Shown: positions 1 to 12,006, counted from the first letter of the whole stretch. The stretch: DNA of 60,422 bases, filler included, from Sphacelaria rigidula (GCA_964200075.2; 5 parts of 5 records of this genome joined end to end with filler, not necessarily neighbours in it), one strand, 5' to 3'. Made by a program: numbers and translations. The notes: a model not told the origin generated them from the letters alone.

Positions 1-1474
1 ACTCTCAATCGTATCATCTACTCTCAATCTCACGAAAACACTGTTGACAGTGACCATACTGAATGTCTGGAAAAAACTATGTCCAACAATATTTAATTTC
101 CAAAAGATTCATAGACCTTTTCCGGTAGAGTCGCTTACAGAGCGACTATGAACTATGAGCCCAAGCGAAGTACAGCGACGCACGAGCGCCCGTCCAAAGT
201 CAGCTGGAAAAAAATTGCTTGACACTGCGGGACTGATCGGCCAGGCGTGTATGTGTAAATTTAGAACAGAAATATTCAACTCTGGCACGCGTCGGGTTTT
301 GCAACACCCTGTGATCTGTACGAAAGCTGGACCGCAAGGTGAGCATGCATTGGGTAATCATGCAGATTCATACACTGGGATATGATTATTTAGACATGTG
401 CGCAATAGTGGAATGGTCCATTCTGGTCACGAGAGCATATGCTCAGTGGACGGAGACTGTCCATCTTTGAAGCGGCACACTGGCCCTATGCGATGAAGGC
501 CCTCGTGAAGCCTGTGTGCAATCGAAATTGCCACGAGCATGCATGGCTCTATGTAATTGAGGCCCGCTTGAAGCCTGTTTGCGATCGAATCTGCCACAAG
601 CATCTGGCGGGTCTCAGAGATATCTCTTTTACTCTGGCGTGTGGTGTAGTGGGGGTCACACCATCGCTGCGCAATGATGTGGGGCGAGAGCAGCATGTCA
701 ACCGTGATACAAAGGAGATACTGTACGAGAAGATACCGCGAGTCATACACCTACCTGTAAAGCACGCACACCAAAAGGAGAAGTGTGCCACTACTGAGTG
801 ACTGTATTGATACACCTTCCTACCCCCGACCCCCCTGCGATCGGCACAAGAGATAACAGGCAGAATTCAGCTTCCCTTGTCCACCCAGCGAGGTGTCCGC
901 CGTCGCGCCGATCTCTCTTTCCGCGGCAACATGTTCCTCGATGATAGCACAAGCAATACATACAGATGGTAATTTTTGTTGCGGTAGTGGAAGAGAGCAC
1001 TCACACAGACTGGTTAGTGCGTGTCGGGGAGGACTGAAACTTGACTAACTATCCGGGTAAATCCGGACCGCTGCCTATCTTTGCAACCAAGACCCTGCAG
1101 GAACGTAAGTCGGTAATGACTTTCACTTACAAAAACTCATGCCAATCGATCGCCGTTTGTTGTGCAATACCTACTGAGCACCCCTCAACAACAGGGAACA
1201 TACTCCAAAGTACCGTGCACCGCTCGGTCCTGACTGTTCTTGATTATGCTGTACAATACCGCGCCGCACGGTACTCCACTGCTGCCCCGCATGAACGTGC
1301 TGCACTCAACTACATCAGCACATGAAGTATAACAACCTATGTCTGTACCGTTGTACGTGACTCAAAAGCATGCTTACCATCCCATTGTGTCGCCAGGTCG
1401 CCGACCAGCTTACGAAACAAGCCCATAACGGCAAAGTCGTGAATCTGGTCACGACGGGTGCTTAATTACGAACG

Positions 1475-2641
1475 ATGGAAAGTCTTCCACCGCCTGGCGG
1501 CGGCGGTGGCGGGTCTCTTCAAGGAGACGCCGCGGGCAGCAGGGTCTTCTTTCCAGCCGGTGGAGAGCAAAAAGTGAGTGGTAAAAGCAGCCCATCATCA
1601 CCAAAAGCCGACGCGTCGCCTGCGGCACGCGATGCGGTGCAAGACGTCGCGGAAGAGCTTGGAGACGCTGAGGAAGAACTGGAAGATGCAGAGGAAGAGC
1701 TGCACGAGCAAGCCGGAGCCGTCGAGCTCGCTTCTGTGCTCACCAGCAGTTCGATCATGGCCGCGGCGTTCTACACCAAACGGGACATGTTGCGCTTATT
1801 CTTCTGCGGAAACGACGATCACAGCGGTGGCGGCGGCGGCGGCGGCGGCGGTAGCGGAGGTGGCGCCGGCAATGGCAGCGGTGTCATGATTTCCGCCATA
1901 GATTTGTTGGATCTAGCGGCCATCGCACTCGGCGCCGTGGTCGTCCCCGTATCGGCGGCTCTCACCGCTAGGACCACCGTCATGAAGATGCGGCGCCGGC
2001 GGCAGCGGCGCAAGGCTGCCCCTAAGCAGGGGACACGCGAGCGGACGTTGGACGGAAAATCTGTACAGCCACCAGCAGCCGCGGGCGAGCAGTTGACGCC
2101 GCCCGCCACGGGGTCTCCCTCCAAACATCAGTCGTCCGTGTCATCGCGCCATATTGGGGGCGTTGCAGGTACCTCTGCTTCCGCACAGAGTTTCTCCGCG
2201 CCAGTCTCTCGAAAAGGACCGATGCAGCCAAAGTTGTTTCGCGATGACATGGACAGTACGCATGGCAGTACAAGAATCAGAGCGGATGGCAGTAGAAGGA
2301 CAAGTAGAAGCAGGAGTCTCATCAGCAACAGTTACAACAGGAAATCGAGCGGCGGCAGTGATAGCGATGGTGGTGGCCATGAGAGCGGCAACACTCTCAG
2401 GAGGAGGGGTAGGGGCAAGAAAAGGACTGTCAATAAAAGAAGCACAAGCGAAAGCAGATGCAATGGTAGCGGCAGCCGCGACGGTGGTTGTAGCAGCAAC
2501 GGCCGCTGCGCAGCAAGTCTGATCGCCCTGGTCGACCTGGCTGTCGCAGCTAGCGCAGGACAGCCTGTAGTTAGCAGTGGCAAAAATATCTCAAAGTCGC
2601 CCGCGGAGGCCGGAGGAAAGAATGCGGAGCTTGAGGAAAAA
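1475..2641 (+). CDS. Exon 1 of a large multi-exon gene (low-complexity, acidic helix, one hydrophobic segment)
   Basis: ATG at 1475 opens a 389-codon frame ending ...ELEEK at a strong phase-0 donor AAA|GTAAGT (2642). Hydrophobic stretch LLDLAAIALGAVVVPVSAALTA is followed by a basic run. Confidence 0.7.
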
Positions 2642-3309
2642 GTAAGTTTGTCCGCATTATAATAGTGGGTTAATGTGAGTTGATTGCCATTTTGTTTTTG
2701 CTTGAACAATTCCCGGTAACAGTGTGGAAAATCGTTGAGGAGTGGACAGTCCCCAATGCTCCGCAGCGCGCTCTGGACACGCGTTTGCTCTGCCAAGGCA
2801 CACATTGCCTAGTCCATCCTGTGCACCCGCCCTTGCCCGAGGGCTCTCCGTGTGTCCTGGGTTGGGCTCACCATTAATCTTGAGTTCACGTTTCGGCAAA
2901 CGGAAGACAAGAGTATGTATCAACCACGGGTTTTGGTAACCAACTCGCGTGAACGTACCTCGTCCGCGTCATGGCCTTAACAGGATTGTTCGGTATTCCA
3001 ATGTGGGGTGTGTTTTCCACGTCAACTTTGGACATAACCCGAAGTCGCCCCTTCGAAACCGGGGCACTGTTTCTCCTTTGTGCTTGCGTCCATCTCAAGC
3101 ACACACAGCACATGTGAATCGAAATTCAAGTCAAGTGTGGGCCTGCGTTTCAAGTCAGATGGCGAAAAGAATACGTGCGGAAGTTTTGGTCAGGTTGATA
3201 TCCATAATTCATGTGTTTCGACAGGGGGGGTATCATGTTAATGTTTTGCGGCTGGCACGTATGTGTGGTAGGTGCTCTACGCCGAGGTGGTAAATATATA
3301 CTGTGTATA

Positions 3310-3620
3310 TATATTCATCACATTTTCAATCCCTTCACTTCCTCGGGAAAAGTCCGTTGCCTCAAGGGATAACCCATATGTCCCACGGTGCACGCGTTGG
3401 GTTTTGGTATCGCCGATTGGATCATGACCATCAGCACCTCCGCACTCACTCTCGTCTAACGAACTCAGTCAAGCAAGCTCTCCGTGCTACTCGTGTACGC
3501 CCTCACGCATCCGACAGCGGAACTAAGATACTCCATACTTTGAAAAAATATATATATGTCTGGCTGGAATCTAATCCGCATTCTGTCCATCGAAATGTAG
3601 TGAGGTGTACCATTAAACCA
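3310..3620 (-). mobile_element. SINE family 1 copy (diverged)
   Basis: Reverse complement matches the 5858-6185 body (CCCTTCACTTCCTCGGGA...CAAGGGATAACCCAT...). Confidence 0.55.
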
Positions 3621-4047
3621 CCGGGGGGGGGGGGGCGCATAGCAAATGTTGATCACTTCCAATTATTACTCAGCCTTGAAGAAGACCGGGCTCTACCTGC
3701 CGGAACGGTACTGGTTCTAGCCGGTATCCACGGCCGCAAAATATGAGACTGCGCTACCGACGCACGCCTTGCAGTCATGGCACCACTGTAGCGCAAACTT
3801 CTTGAGAATCCGTGCGCACGACGCGTGCAACTCTGTTTGAAAACAGCTCGCGAGACCCAATGATTCGTCTTTTTTTTTTCTCCCCGTTCGGTGAACGCGG
3901 TCATTCTCCCTTCTCATCTTGTGTGAAAATATCGCACTTTCAATCTCCCCCGGCGCCCCGGTTGGCTGACTCCGCTCCCCCTCCCCCCCTCCCTCCCGTC
4001 CTCCCCTCCTTTACCCTCAACCACTCTGTGTCTTACAAACGACTCAG

Positions 4048-4244
4048 ATTGAATTGACCCGCAGAGAAGCCGAGAGAAAGACGCACAAAGGCGGCTCCAC
4101 AGAAACTTCCACAAGGGTGAAAATAGAAGAAGAGCTCATCAAATTCCAGCGTTTGGCGTACCGGTCCAACGACACGGAGCAGAGGACGAGCGCCGCGCTC
4201 GAACTTCTGAGGAGAATTGCTCTCGAAGGCTCGTCTCGTGGGAG

Positions 4245-4275
<31 letters not shown>

Positions 4276-4623
4276 CCTACCACTGTAAACCATACACAAG
4301 AACATACTGGGAATTTGGGGATCGTAGCGAGATCGACAGTGAGCGACGGTCGTGCTCGTGGGGTCGCCGAGGGAACGTCTAATGCTGTCACGGTGAATGA
4401 CGCTGTCCACAGTGCTGCCTGTACACGCCCTGCGATCGGTGCAAATCCTTCAATCTTTTTAATCTCTACCGCGGATACTAGCTCCGTCCCTGTTAACAAG
4501 GTTAGCGTCCCAGTGACGTCTGCCGCCGTCGTGTCGGCGATGTCGCTTGACGACGGACAATGCCCGCAAGTCAAGGACATCCGTCTGGGGGAGCTTGCTG
4601 GAGTCACACCGCAACACCCCGAG
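4048..4623 (+). CDS. Exon 2 of the same gene (coiled-coil start, poly-Q)
   Basis: Pyrimidine tract 3970-4035, acceptor CTCAG|ATT at 4048 in phase 0 giving ELEEK|IELTRREAERK; 192 open codons; donor GAG|GTGATG. Confidence 0.6.
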
Positions 4624-4850
4624 GTGATGTGACTACTGCAGCGGGTTGGGGAATGAGCGGCTTTTATTGGCACGAGGTTAGGGTTTAGATAAGCGTTTCA
4701 GATGGTGTTGTTATGTACAAGTTTGGTTCCGAGATACACACATGTACCTGCTTTGCTGTGAGGGCTGCATGTCTGGACACACAAAGCACGACCAAAACCG
4801 TGACTTGGCGGAGTGCTTGTGTGCAGGGGGGAAAGGGGGAAGGGGGGGGG

Positions 4851-5100
4851 GCGTACTCATTTGCTGCTTGCCTCAGTCGTTTGACCATTGACCACGCATC
4901 CCTTTCGAGACGGGGCACCGTTCCTACTCCTAGTAAAGACACCTCCAACATCCAGGCGCTCAGTACGTTTCTTCCATACGTTACACAAGAACATTTTACA
5001 TATCTGATCCTGCTCCAGTTTCGCCGTCTTTGTCCAGCATTTATCTCGTAGTATAGCGATCGTTTTCTCGCTACTGTCTAATGTATCAAACGATTTCATG
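4851..5100. repeat. Dispersed ~250-bp repeat family starting at a poly-G tract (GCGTACTCATTTG...TTGACCATTGACCACGCATCCCTTTCGAGACGG)
   Basis: Same core seen at ~5220, 9835-10060, 23980-24052 (reverse), 28220-28300, 36368-36435, 36620-36830 and 47825-47895 (reverse). Confidence 0.85.
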
Positions 5101-5412
5101 CCACCGTCATTTACTTCCCACACTTTCTGCTCTCAACACTTCCCGTTCCTCCTTGTGTAGTCCACGTTCTGCCACTATCTGAGTTCTGCTCTCTATTGCT
5201 TGGTTGGGGTGGGGCCCGGTTTAGTCGTGTGACCATTGACCACGCATCCCTTCGAGACGCAGCATGTGTGTATGGGCGGGGGGGGGGGGGGGGGGGTTGG
5301 GGGGGGGGCTCGGGAAAAAGGAAAAGGGGGAAGAATGGGTTGGGGAAACAGGGNNNNNNNNNNGGGCTTGCGGGTGGCGGAGGGGGTGCGGCGGGGGGGG
5401 GGGGGGGGGGGT

Positions 5413-5443
<31 letters not shown>

Positions 5444-5572
5444 ATTGAGAGGTGTACTCGTGAAACATGAAACGTGTGAAGAATTGGTTCGGTCAACCTG
5501 GATGTGATGAATTTGGCCTGTCTTTATTCACCCGATTGGTCGCTTTGCATGCTCACTCCTTGCCCTCTCCAG

Positions 5573-5785
5573 GCCGTTGAATTATTTGATAAAAAACTTC
5601 CGGAGGCTGCAAACTCCTGCATCGCCAAGAAGCGGCAACTAGAAAGGGCAGCAGCCGCGTGGGAAACAGTGAAAGCGGTACGCACGGCCAATGCGGCGAG
5701 GCAACAAGAGGACACCGCGCTCAGGGTCGCAGCAGAAAGACAAGCAGATGACGCGCAGAGCGCCGCGGCTCGACTAGAGGAAGAG
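5573..5785 (+). CDS. Exon 3 of the same gene (coiled-coil)
   Basis: Acceptor CCCTCTCCAG|GCC and donor GAG|GTGAGT, 71 codons, phase 0-0, helical A/E/K/R-rich sequence. Confidence 0.75.
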
Positions 5786-5857
5786 GTGAGTCCGCGTTTT
5801 CGTCAGTATGGTGACTAATAGTGCGTGTTTGACCGTTGTGTGCGCTCTTGCTACCGT

Positions 5858-6185
5858 GCCCGGGTAGTGCAATGGGCCAATGGTCGCCACTAGGGTTGAA
5901 AGAAAGTGAGTTCGATTCCAGATGCGTTGGTTCTTTTCTTCGACGTATCTGATTTCCACCTTCGAAAGCGTGAGTACGTGAGTAAACAAAAAGCAGTTCA
6001 CTGAATGTTTTTGACGAGAGTTGACGCGGTGCGGGAGTGATGATAGTCATGATCCACTCTGCGAGAGATCAAAACGTATGGCGTGTACCGGGTAGAGATG
6101 GGTTGATCCCTTGCGACCACGGACTTGTCTCGAGGAAGGGGAGGGGGTTGAAGACATGCGAATAAATGAATAAAAATATAATGTA
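5858..6185 (+). mobile_element. tRNA-derived SINE family 1, best copy (intronic)
   Basis: A-box-like TAGTGCAATGG (5865) and B-box GTTCGATTCC (5910), conserved body (GTATCTGATTTCC...GACGCGGTGCGGGAGTG...GAGGAAGGGGAGGGG) and A-rich tail. Related copies at ~3310-3620(-), 11770-12006(-), 15380-15705(+), 28400-28700(+). Confidence 0.7.
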
Positions 6186-6447
6186 AACAATTACCCACCG
6201 TGGTCGTCTTGGAGATGCGTGATCGATGATCTCAAGAGCCGCGCCGTGCAAACGATAGGTACCTCTCCCCTGACATACGTGTTCCCCTTTGTTTAGTTGG
6301 CGCGCATCCTTTTTTTTTATTGGGCGCATCTAGCTCTCTCACAACGTCCTCGATGTGTTTATCACGCGATGGAAGGATTTCATCCTCACCGGACATACCC
6401 CCAATTCCGCCATTCGCCGCGCTCAATGACGTTTCACCGAATATCAG

Positions 6448-9222
6448 GTGAGCAGGCAATGTTCCAAGTTTCAGGATACAATTCTCGACGCGAAGTCTCG
6501 CCTCGCAGCGGCCGAAGAAAAAGTAGCCGCGATATTGGGAGGTGAAGAGAAGGAGGCGTTTTTGAGTCGACTGGATAAAAAATGCGCGGAAGTAAACCGC
6601 CCCGGTGTGTTGGCACGGCGGGTCAGCGATGCGAGGGCAGGCATTATGGCTGTGTTCAACGCGCGCTCGCGTTGGGAAAAGGAAATTGATAGAAAAGAGA
6701 AGGAAATTGACAAAAAGAGGAAACAAAAGGTAAATGCCGACGGTGCGCGTGCTGCTGATAGTAGTGGCGGTGACACAGGAAGGAGTAGTCATAATGGCAA
6801 CGAGGCGAAGAAATCGGATGGGTTCGAGCAGACAGGTGCCGAAGGAAATAGCCGTGTTAAGGGGAGGGAGAGACAGTTGAAAATCGCCAAGCAGCAGTTT
6901 GATGAAAGCATGCGACAGCGAGTTCTGCTTGAGGAGCAGCAGAGGATACAGGCAGAGCAAAGGCGCCTTGCGGAAGACGTCCAGAGGCGAGCGGAGGAGG
7001 AGAAGAAAAAAGCCGACAAAATAGCGAAATTAGCCGATCGAAAAAGGAGGGACAAAGCGAGAATCGAAGCAGCTAAAGCTGAGGTAGCTAGAGCTGACGC
7101 AGCTAGGGCTGACGCAGCAAGAGCTGACGCAGCAAGAGCTGAGGTAGCTAAAGCTGAGGTAGCTAAAGCTGAGGTAGCCAAAGCTGATGCAGCTAAAGCT
7201 GACGCAGCTAGAGCTGAGGACGCCAGAGCTGAGGCTCGGAAGATGAACACGGCGGTGGGTGTGATCGTAGCTGCAACAGCGGATGGGGTCCACAGCGAGC
7301 ACAGAGAAGCAGGACCCCAAAAAGCCGCTCCAGATTCATCGGCTCTGCAAGGGCAGCGCGGGCACCCGCCTACAAGAGAAGACTACCGTAATTGCCCTCT
7401 TCCTCATCATAACTGTGCATTTTCCAGTGACACGGGTTTGTCCCGACCCGGCCCACCCGCGTTTCGAATGGCCGGACCTGTCCGCGGAGCACGAGGAAAT
7501 TCTGGTGCAAACTGGGTTCAGATGACCGGTTGGGGAACAGACGCGGAGACAAGGGCAGGGTTGGCGACGGTTAGGAGCCGTGCAGGGACCGAAGAAATCG
7601 AGAACGGAACGGAACTGCGCGGATCGTACAGCGGTCCTACCGACAACGCGGGCCACCAATCTTTCCCCGCCACAGCGGCCCGCGCCGCCGACCCGACCGT
7701 GTCCGTCGATGTTCCCGCAGCAAGTTGCCTCCCTGGAGGTCGAACCGATCGCACAGCGCTCATCAAAGGCGAGAGAAAAGGCGAGGTGGATGCTGGTCAC
7801 GGTGCTAGCATCTCCCAGTCACTGGAGTCACCTGCACATACCTGGTCCGCACCGGCCGCCAGTGCGCCTCCCGTGGTACCGCCGGACGCTGTGTCTGCCG
7901 ATAGCACGACCCAGCAACAAGTTTCCCTGAGTCATCTTGCCCCAGTCTGGGTACCGCCTGGGCCCGCGCCAGAGTGGGCGGGTGACGCGCCCGATGAGTT
8001 AGCTGCAGCGACCTGCTTTTATCCTCCGGCACCTTCGGCTTGCCACGATCCAGACACAGAGCAGCCGTTCATTCAACTGCAACAACCCTACGTGCAATCG
8101 GCCGTACAACCCACCGAGTCCCTTCCTCTTTTGCAGCACCACCCACTGGCGAATGCTTTTGCGCACAGCTTCTCCGAGATTCCCGCTGACCCGCCGCCGC
8201 TGGTGCTCGGTGCTCCCGCTCAGCACCCCATGCAGCACTTAGCGAACCTGACCGACGGGACACCCCCGACAGTTCCCGGACTACACCCGCCTTACCGCCC
8301 GTTCGACGACGACCAGTGGAATGAGCATCAATCGGAAACAACGCGAGCTGTGATGTCGGCACCAGGCGCAGCTCCGGCTCACGCGGCCACAAATGTTTGC
8401 GAAGATCAGACCAATGCTTCAGCCGCCTTTCCATATTCAGCGAGTGTCAATGGACCAGCCCTGAGAATGAGTGTGGTCGGTCCACCACCCGGGCTCTCCG
8501 GTGATCACAGTCCAACACCTCCGCCTGGACTTGGATCATCATACTTCGCATCCAACTACCCAGGGCCCGGTACGATCGGTAGTGCAATTTCAGGCATAGG
8601 GCAAGGGCCCAGCGGCGTTTACCCAGACGTGGTAGCATTGTCTGGAAACACCGATAATTTTTATCAGCGTGACGGCAGTGGTCATGACGTTGCCATCGCC
8701 GCCGGGCCCGGTGGAGGTGGAGACAGCAGGAGCGGTATGGAAGTACCCCACGCTGCTGCTGCTGCTGCTGCTGCTGCTGTAGGGGAACAAGAAGAAACAA
8801 ACGCTTTGTCGCAGGGCTCTCCGGCCCCCGAGGATGTTAATGGCAACCTTAACCAGCAACAGCAGCCGAGTTCTGAGCACCAACACGAATACCGCCGCGA
8901 CGGTGACGGCGTATTGGAAGGCACCGTTTCGGCAACGGAGTCTATCAGCTCTTCCGCGCCGTCGTCGGCGACACCAGTTGCCGCGGCGGTTACTTCTGAG
9001 CCGGCGGCTGTCGCCTCGCCCGAAGCTCGCGATGCTGACGACCAGGGTGGCGACGGAGAAGGGGAGTCTGTTGTATCGTCGTTGCCGTCCGAAGAGCTCA
9101 AGAGTTTTTTGAAGATAGCAGACTGCGAACGTTTATTGGACCTGTTTCACGAGCACGACATGGATCTACAGAGCATCGCGCTCATGCAGGACCAAGACTT
9201 CTCCGAGTGGAGCATCACAAAG
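6448..9222 (+). CDS. Exon 4 of the same gene: coiled-coil, pentapeptide repeat, Pro/Ala-rich region and C-terminal SAM domain
   Basis: Acceptor TATCAG|GTG in phase 0; 925 open codons; ELKSFLKIADCERLLDLFHEHDMDLQSIALMQDQDFSEWSITK fits the SAM pattern (L..fL..l.l..y...F....iD...l..l...Dl....I). The 3' boundary is uncertain (probable GC donor AAG|GCACGT). Confidence 0.75.
7069..7236 (+). repeat. Coding 15-bp tandem repeat (AEVAK/ADAAR pentapeptides, about 10-11 units)
   Basis: Directly visible GCTGAGGTAGCTAAA and GCTGACGCAGCAAGA units in frame. Confidence 0.9.
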
Positions 9223-9622
9223 GCACGTGTGCATACATTTTTGACTACCACATGCGAGTGCAGGGGGTGTGGCTACCTGCGTGTTTCTGCCTTTTGTAGG
9301 GATATGTTGCACGTGAAACTCTTTTTGTTGTTCATGAGTTTGTGCACGAAAAGCGAAGATGCGGAAAACCTTGTTCATTTTTATATGCCCTCTATGGGGG
9401 GAAAATAATTATCGCAAATTTGTAAAGCATATTCTTCTGTGCAGAGTCAGTGAGGAAGGGTGCTTACGCAGTGTTATCTTCATCAAGGCGATGGCGAGCG
9501 TTGTCGTACGCGATCTAAACGGTCATGTTCCGAACCATGAGATCCGAAATCCCGCATCACAGACGTTCGTCGCCCCCCCCCCCCCTCCACATTCTGGGTA
9601 TTCTCGTCGCCCGCATCGCCAG

Positions 9623-9739
9623 GAAGAAATGGAACGTATGCGGAGCAACTTGCCTGGAGATCCTGAGGATGAAGGCAGTGCGGCGGCTGACGAGGATGAC
9701 CCCAGGTCGTGCAGGATGTGTAGGAGCGAAAGCCGCCAG
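9623..9739 (+). CDS. Probable further exon of the SAM gene, ending in a CxxC motif (possible RING N-terminal half)
   Basis: CGCCAG|GAA acceptor, CAG|GTATGA donor, 39 codons, phase 0-0: EEMERMRSNLPGDPEDEGSAAADEDDPRSCRMCRSESRQ. Confidence 0.5.
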
Positions 9740-10476
9740 GTATGAGCATTTCTCACAAAGGCGCAGACATCGTTGTGCTTGACTTGCTCGGAGACGGCGT
9801 GAACTGCGGGAGGGCGGTGTGTGTGTGTGTGTGCCCATTTTTTGCTTGCCTTCGCCGTTTGACCGTTGACCACGCATCCCCTTGGAGACGGAGTACCTCT
9901 CCTACTCCTATAGAGACACCTGCAACATTTGGGCGCTTCCATACATTACACAACAGCTTTTAGAATACCTTACTCCCTTTCTCTCTCGCCATCTGTGGCC
10001 ACCATCTATTTCCTAGTACTCGCATAGCGATCGTTTTCTCGCCACTGTCTGATGTACCCGGCTCCTAATGTCCATGGTTGACCATGTTTCGTTTTTATTG
10101 TTTCCCAAGGCTACCTACCTACCGTCAAGTCAAACCCCAACCCGAGGCAAACTGAGAACCTTCGGGCATTGTGAGTACGTACGGTGCCGTAGGGGAAATG
10201 TGCGCTGACAGAGCTCAAGTCGGTGCTTGCAGGCACGCGAGGCATGTCCTTGGGACGGTGAGCTCTGCAAAGATCCGGATATGATGATTCTAGTAAAAAC
10301 CAAGTTTTTTCAACCATGTATGTAGGGAAGCAAGTTGAAAGGAATTCTCCTGCCCGTGGGAGGTGCATTTAAAAAAAGCACACGAAGACCCTTCCGATGG
10401 GAAGGCTGGCTTTACACCGGAAAGCTGTAGACATCATTCCTAGAATTTGGTCTCGCAAGGTGGTGCGAGTTTTGCG

Positions 10477-10677
10477 AGGGCCGGTCGAGTAGAGTATACT
10501 CAAATGCGGGGTATTTTGAAAGATGTACTTCGGGTACTCAAGTTAGGGTAGATTGTTGGGAGTCGTACCCAAAAAATAGCTGGGAAGCGATTCCTGAAAC
10601 CCTGCCACCACGCCGTGTCCTCCAGGTACGACTTTCGAAATACCCCGCAATTCAGTATACTCCACTCGACCTACCCT
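10477..10677. mobile_element. MITE with ~40-bp terminal inverted repeats
   Basis: GGTCGAGTAGAGTATACTCAAATGCGGGGTATTTTGAAAG (10483) is nearly the reverse complement of CTTTCGAAATACCCCGCAATTCAGTATACTCCACTCGACC (ends 10671). Confidence 0.75.
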
Positions 10678-10774
10678 TGGAGTTTAGCAGTGGAAGTCGA
10701 CTCTGAGTCGTGAAAGGCGATGCTTAGTCGTCCCTCACTCGCCGATTTTACTCGCAGTTATCGCGCAGTTGCCT

Positions 10775-11160
10775 GTCGCCCTGGTGGCTCAGTTCGTAAC
10801 CTCGAAACCCTTTGACGGTTGGGTCGTGGGTTCAAATCTCGGTGAAGTCACACGATCTCAGTTTTTTTCTCACGCCATGCGCAACACACAGTCGAGAGTG
10901 AATTTGTCGTGGGTGCACAAAATTCGACCGCGGTCGACGAGGGAAAGGGACTGCTGAGCCCCTCTCGCAACAAAAAAACAAGACAAGCACCGCAGAAAGA
11001 ACGTGGAGAACTGGAAAAAGAAAAAAAACTCCCCGTGTTGGCCTGGCCTTCCTCCTGTGTGACCCCGGCTGATGTGCCCACGTGTACCGAAAGGTGTAGA
11101 CTGGCGTCCAGAATAGATGGGATGGCGACGCCACAGCGAGTGGCAGGAGTCGACTCTGGA
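10775..11160 (+). mobile_element. tRNA-derived SINE family 2 (tRNA-Gln-like head)
   Basis: Head with A-box TGGCTCAGTTCG, anticodon-like loop CTTTGAC and B-box GGTTCAAATC; body GTCGACGAGGGAAAGGGACTGCTG...TGTGTGACCCCGGCTGATG...ACCGAAAGGTGTAGACT recurs at 41240-41570(-), 25090-25215(+) and 44440-44560(-). Confidence 0.7.
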
Positions 11161-11769
11161 TCGTCCCTCAAATTGTCGGATTCAGTTGTAAGAGTTGTGA
11201 ATCAGGACTGAAGAGTCGTTAGACGTGTGTAATTTCGTGACTTTTAATAGCGCGTTGATCGCCCATGGTAAGTGTTCCGAGATTATGTCCGCGGACGGTC
11301 CCGCGAGTTTTCAGCGAACGGGTGTTTGTAAGCGCAGATGAAGAATAGGAGATGGGCATGACCTTTCACCAAGAGTTCCGCAAAACGTTGTGTTGTGCCA
11401 GACAGGCAGCAGCCTTTCCCCTTGATGCAATATCAATGCTGAAGCTCCGTACGCGCGTGCGTGGCTTCGTAGGCTGCAGGCACGATCACCGTCCCCGTTC
11501 CGCGTGCACATGTACCAAACTAGTCAATTTAACAAGTGGGGGCATCGCACACGGGTATTTTGACGTGCGAAGATATGGCTTCGCTGCCAATCCTAGCTTT
11601 CTCGTAAATTTGAGCTTTATTGGTGAGGGTCATCGTCCCGGACTCCGATGCACTGGTGCCTACCGATACTGAAGAACATACATATGCTGAAAAAAACCTG
11701 GCGTCTCAAAATTTTTCAGATTCTCGAACCATATGCATGGTGTATGTTTATTGGCTATATATATATATA

Positions 11770-12006
11770 TTTTTTTTTCTTATACTTTGATCCCCTCCCC
11801 TTCCTCGGGATGAGTTCGTGTTATCAAGGGATCAACCCATCTCTCCCCCGGTACGCGCCTTCAGTCTTGGTCTCGCGGGTTTGATCAGCACTCCCGCACC
11901 GCGTCAACTCACGTCGCACAAATCCAGTCGACTACTTTTGTTTACTCACGTTCTCACGCTTTCCACGGTGGAAATCATACATCACGAAGAAACAACCCAG
12001 CGCATG
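11770..12006 (-). mobile_element. SINE family 1 copy, truncated by the contig end
   Basis: CCCCTCCCCTTCCTCGGGATGAG...CACTCCCGCACCGCGTCAACTC...GAAATCATACATCACGAAGAA is the reverse complement of the family body. Confidence 0.7.

Noticed and set aside
1-60. Short similarity between the window start and 33210-33255 (ACTCTCAATC...TCTCACGAAAACA)
   Set aside because: On different contigs and too short to classify; likely another dispersed repeat fragment.
439-801. ORF with a duplicated KPVC.R.CH.H motif (60-bp tandem duplication)
   Set aside because: The duplication is real but only two diverged units; no splice signals or recognisable family, probably a TE remnant.
5193-5507. Poly-Pro and poly-Gly ORFs
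   Set aside because: Translations of low-quality poly-G tracts flanking an N gap within an intron.
10775-10850. Functional tRNA gene
   Set aside because: Acceptor stem does not pair well and the head continues into a multi-copy body, so it is a SINE head.
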